Assembly: GCA_937958885.1 (NCBI GenBank)
Contig: CALGMT010000001.1
Span: 21,735-85,734 of the forward strand
Direction: 5' to 3'
DNA from: an uncultured bacterium
GTDB taxonomy: Bacteria > Verrucomicrobiota > Kiritimatiellia > CAIVKH01
DNA length: 64,000 nt
Part shown: positions 61,221-64,000 of the stretch, in pieces
Position numbering within the stretch: position 1 is the first letter of the stretch
Layout of the letters: each line of letters starts with the position of its first letter
The notes under the pieces: generated by a model
Database searches by the model: none
What the model was told of the DNA's origin: nothing
The model's input: only the letters and a program-made list of their open reading frames with translations
Translations under genes and position numbers: made by a program

Positions 61221-61526
61221 TCAACCGTACCGAATCTCAAACTGATGAAACTCGCCCGTCCCCGGCGACCACTGCACCCGCTCCCCGCGCACGAACCGAT
61301 ACACCCCCATCGCGCGCAGACTGTCCAGGAACCGCAGAAGACTCTCCTCCGCGCCCTCCGCGACCACGCGCACGGTGCCATCCGGCTCGTTCCGCACAAA
61401 TCCAACCACCGGGTGCCGGCGAGCGGTCTCGATGACGCTGAACCGGAAGCCCACCCCCTGCACATGTCCGTCGAATACCACGCTTAAGCGCCGTTGGGAT
61501 GCCACGCTCTCTTTCTGCGCCCTCAT
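61221..61526 (-). CDS. acyP: Acylphosphatase
   Basis: VVFDGHVQGVGFRF and VGFVRNEPDGTVRVVAEG are the two acylphosphatase signatures. The track start 61544 is TTG, and I prefer ATG 61526. Confidence 0.85.
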   Translation of the reverse strand: MRAQKESVASQRRLSVVFDGHVQGVGFRFSVIETARRHPVVGFVRNEPDGTVRVVAEGAEESLLRFLDSLRAMGVYRFVRGERVQWSPGTGEFHQFEIRYG

Positions 61527-61596
61527 ATAGGACAGATGATTCAAGCATGACCGGACTCAGATTGCAACCCGCTGCGCGATTACGTACGATAGGAGC

Positions 61597-62091
61597 ATGT
61601 TGCGGATGTGGACCGTCGTGATAGGACGTTCTCCCCTTCGTACGTTGCAGCGCGCCATCTGGCTCGCGCTGTCGGCGGCTGTGGTGTTCGGCTTGCTGCT
61701 CCGCCCCGTCGTCATCCGCGGACGCAGTATGGAGCCGACCCTGCGGGACGGCAGCCTTCGCCTCGCAACCCGCTGGTGGTTCGGCATTCAACGCACGCCC
61801 GCGCGCGCGGACGTGGTGGTCATTCGGCGGGTCGGCGGGCGCAACTTTTACCTGAAGCGCGTGTTGGGCCTGCCCGGCGAGACGGTCGCCTTCGATCGCG
61901 GTATGCTACTCATCGATGGCGCGCGCATGCCGGAGCCCTATCTCCTCCGCGCGGGCGACTGGTCCATGCCCGAGCTTGTGCTGGGCCCTGACGAATACTT
62001 CGTCGCGGGCGATAACCGCGTCATGCCGATGGTGGATCACGCGGCGGGTCGAGTGGATCGACGTCGATTTGCGGGTAGGATATGGCCGTGA
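61597..62091 (+). CDS. lepB: Signal peptidase I (S26 family)
   Basis: VIRGRSMEPTL (Ser nucleophile box), FYLKRVLGLPGETV (Lys box), FVAGDNR. AGGAG lies 2 nt upstream of the ATG. Confidence 0.85.
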   Translation: MLRMWTVVIGRSPLRTLQRAIWLALSAAVVFGLLLRPVVIRGRSMEPTLRDGSLRLATRWWFGIQRTPARADVVVIRRVGGRNFYLKRVLGLPGETVAFDRGMLLIDGARMPEPYLLRAGDWSMPELVLGPDEYFVAGDNRVMPMVDHAAGRVDRRRFAGRIWP

Positions 62092-62591
62092 AACGCGCGC
62101 TTTATTTCGCCGTCGCCGCCGCATTCCTCGCGCTCGCGCTGCTCGGCGCGCACGCGTGGTCAAACCGCGACGAGCGGGCAGTTCGACGCCAGCTACACGC
62201 GCTCGCCAGGCAGTGCGAAAAGAAACCCGGACAGGGCATGCTGCGAACACTCGCGGATATGGGTGACTTGCGCGCCGCGTTCACGAGCAACGCGGTGATC
62301 CGACTTGGCCGCCCCTACCCGATGAGCCCCACCCCACGCGAACTCGCATCTCTCGTCGCCCGGGCGCACATGGAGGTGGCCTCGCTGGAAATCATTATCC
62401 AGGGCATCGAATTCCTGCCCCGATCCGAGTCGGACGCGATCGACATGCGGACCGCCGTCGCCCTCCGCATGCGCCGCGACCAGACCGCGGAGGAGTTTGT
62501 CGAAGAATACCGGCTGCGGTGGCGCAAGGAAGACGGCGTATGGCGAATCGAATCTGCCCGCGCCGACAGCACGATTCAATCGCCCTGGTGA
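62082..62591 (+). CDS. Membrane-anchored or exported NTF2/SnoaL-like fold protein (tentative)
   Basis: N-terminal hydrophobic ALYFAVAAAFLALALLGAHA. C-terminal EEYRLRWRKEDGVWRIESARAD resembles DUF4440/SnoaL-like endings. Overlaps the lepB stop by 10 nt. Confidence 0.45.
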   Translation: MAVKRALYFAVAAAFLALALLGAHAWSNRDERAVRRQLHALARQCEKKPGQGMLRTLADMGDLRAAFTSNAVIRLGRPYPMSPTPRELASLVARAHMEVASLEIIIQGIEFLPRSESDAIDMRTAVALRMRRDQTAEEFVEEYRLRWRKEDGVWRIESARADSTIQSPW

Positions 62592-62689
62592 GCGACGCCT
62601 ATCGCGTTTGCCCTTCAACGCTCGCCTTGTTCGCGTTGCAATAATTGGCCGCTCTGAGCCGTTCTGATACGGTGGCAAACGTCACCTTG

Positions 62690-63274
62690 ATGGATTCATT
62701 GGAACGAGAGTGGATTCGGGAATACCGCGCCGGCAACGTGGAGGCGTTGGGACGTCTTGTCGAACACACGCGGCGCCCGCTCTACGGATTTATCGCAAAA
62801 ATGATGGGCGGCCACCCGGATACCGATGAGATTTTTCAGGAAGTCTGGGTGCGCGCGATGCGCAGCCTGGACCGCTATCGAGATGATCGCTTTTTGAGCT
62901 GGCTGTTCCGAATCGCCCACAATCTCGTGATCGATCGCGCGCGGAAAACAAGCCGCTTGGTATCGCTCGCTCAACCCCGTCACGAAGACGGACCTCCGCT
63001 TGAGGACCGGCTCGCGGAGCCGGCGCCGGACCCTGCCGTCCATGCGGCCGCCTCGGATTTGGAAGCCGCCATCGCGCGCGCGGTGGCGGAATTGCCCCCC
63101 GAGCAGCGCGAGGTCTTCCTGCTGCGGACCGAGGGCGACGTGCCCTTCAAGGAAATCGCCCGCCTGCAGGGTGTCTCGATCAATACCGCGCTCGCGCGGA
63201 TGCAATATGCGATACGCAAACTGCGTTCTATATTAGGAGAGTTCGATCCGAACCGGAAAACGACCGATGAATAA
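62690..63274 (+). CDS. ECF-type RNA polymerase sigma-70 factor
   Basis: ATG 62690 (MDSLEREWIREYRAGN). Region 2 FQEVWVRAMRSLDRYRDDRFLSWLFRIAHNLVIDRAR. Region 4 EQREVFLLRTEGDVPFKEIARLQGVSINTALARMQYAIRKLR. Confidence 0.85.
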   Translation: MDSLEREWIREYRAGNVEALGRLVEHTRRPLYGFIAKMMGGHPDTDEIFQEVWVRAMRSLDRYRDDRFLSWLFRIAHNLVIDRARKTSRLVSLAQPRHEDGPPLEDRLAEPAPDPAVHAAASDLEAAIARAVAELPPEQREVFLLRTEGDVPFKEIARLQGVSINTALARMQYAIRKLRSILGEFDPNRKTTDE

Positions 63275-63809
63275 CGACACCATAGAGCGATACATCCTGC
63301 TCCAGCAATCGGGCGAGCTGGGCCCGATCCGCGCATGGCGGCTCAACCGCGCGCTGTCCCGCAGCCCGGAAGCCCGCCGGTTCGCAAGCGATCTCCAACG
63401 CCTCACGGAATCTGCGCGCGACTGGACGGTCCCCCTGCCCGGCCCGCGCGCTGCCGAGGCCATTCATGCCCGACTGCGGGAAGCCTCCGACCGCAGGGAG
63501 GTCTTGGCATTTCAACCGCCCCTCCGCCGCCGATACGGACTGGCGTTTGCAACGGCGTGCGCACTGGTATTGATCAGCCTCTTCTTCTATGTCCGCCCCG
63601 CCGACAGGACCGCGACCGACTCGCAATCGCCGACACTCGACCAAACTTCGGCATTTGCCTGGGACGATGGGGTGGATGAAGAAATCGATGCCTTGCTCGA
63701 ACTGGTCGCCATCACCGCGAACGAGGAGCCGAGCCTCAACGGCGCCGCAGCCCTCGATGAAGACCAACTCATCCGCGAGTGGCTCGCCTTGGAAGGAATC
63801 GCCATATGA
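63267..63809 (+). CDS. Putative membrane-anchored anti-sigma factor
   Basis: Overlaps the sigma gene stop by 8 nt. Cytoplasmic N-terminal helical domain, a single TM YGLAFATACALVLISLFFYV, and an acidic periplasmic tail. The call rests on position and topology. Confidence 0.55.
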   Translation: MNNDTIERYILLQQSGELGPIRAWRLNRALSRSPEARRFASDLQRLTESARDWTVPLPGPRAAEAIHARLREASDRREVLAFQPPLRRRYGLAFATACALVLISLFFYVRPADRTATDSQSPTLDQTSAFAWDDGVDEEIDALLELVAITANEEPSLNGAAALDEDQLIREWLALEGIAI

Positions 63810-64000
63810 ACGCTCGCATCGCCAAACTCCTGCTGATCGCACTCTCAACGGCAACCCTGGCATGGGCGCAACTGCCGCCCGGGGACAAGCCGCCCCATGA
63901 GCGGCGGCCCATGCCGCCCGGCCCCGGCCAGCCGCCGCCCATCGAGTTGTTCTTCGAAATGATGCGGCAGCGGAATCCGGAAGAATTCGAACGGCTCCGC
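63806..64000 (+). CDS. Exported Pro-rich protein, possibly Spy/CpxP-like periplasmic protein (5' part; runs off the right edge)
   Basis: ATGA overlap with the anti-sigma stop. My translation: MNARIAKLLLIALSTATLAWAQLPPGDKPPHERRPMPPGPGQPPPIELFFEMMRQRNPEEFERLR (signal peptide plus helical start). Not in the track because there is no stop in the window. Confidence 0.45.
   Translation, partial: MNARIAKLLLIALSTATLAWAQLPPGDKPPHERRPMPPGPGQPPPIELFFEMMRQRNPEEFERLR

Noticed and set aside
61562-61596. Possible lepB promoter (TTGCAA, 17 nt, TACGAT)
   Set aside because: The predicted transcription start would fall on or after the AGGAG Shine-Dalgarno sequence and on the ATG itself. The two signals are mutually inconsistent, and I could not decide between a leaderless and a leadered model.

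Overview
This is a GC-rich bacterial chromosomal segment (G+C judged by eye, not computed). I call about 62 protein genes and one tRNA-Val(TAC). I saw no rRNA, CRISPR array, transposase, integrase or phage genes. Most genes are on the minus strand and tightly packed, and many junctions are 4-nt ATGA/GTGA stop/start overlaps.

Housekeeping content: gatC-gatA (gatA truncated at the left edge), serA, ruvC, yebC, an EF-G paralog, cca, tig-clpP-clpX, rho, coaE, a stand-alone 5'-3' exonuclease, glmM, gloB, lepB, a Kef-type antiporter, ppk2 and a ROK kinase. The ORF track contains many long antisense or out-of-frame shadow ORFs typical of high-GC DNA. Several track ORFs start on GTG/TTG or carry spurious N-terminal extensions, which I trimmed by reading the DNA.

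Four blocks deserve attention:
1. 22.4-29.8 kb: a five-gene orphan type-IV-pilus-like alignment/secretin operon. It has a PilM-PilN fusion, strongly diverged proteins in the PilO and PilP positions, a roughly 1000-aa secretin and a small secreted protein. No pilin, ATPase or platform gene is in the window. From memory it resembles the Akkermansia Amuc_1098-1102 locus, which hints at a PVC-superphylum (Verrucomicrobia-like) origin. This is unverified.
2. 47.8-61.5 kb: a long translationally coupled sugar-nucleotide/glycan operon. It encodes a SIS isomerase, a reversed-order nucleotidyltransferase-kinase fusion, two SDRs, a split transketolase, methyltransferases including a TylCIII-like C-methyltransferase, a Zn-ADH, an AKR and a GT-C glycosyltransferase. 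I cannot predict its product.
3. 34.5-38.6 kb: an Mla-like MlaEFD operon led by a secreted protein built of about 19 aromatic-Pro repeats. MlaA, MlaB and MlaC are absent.
4. 47.36-47.76 kb: a tandemly duplicated hairpin-bearing intergenic element of about 175 bp.

All functional calls rest on motifs I could read in the translations. No database search was possible.
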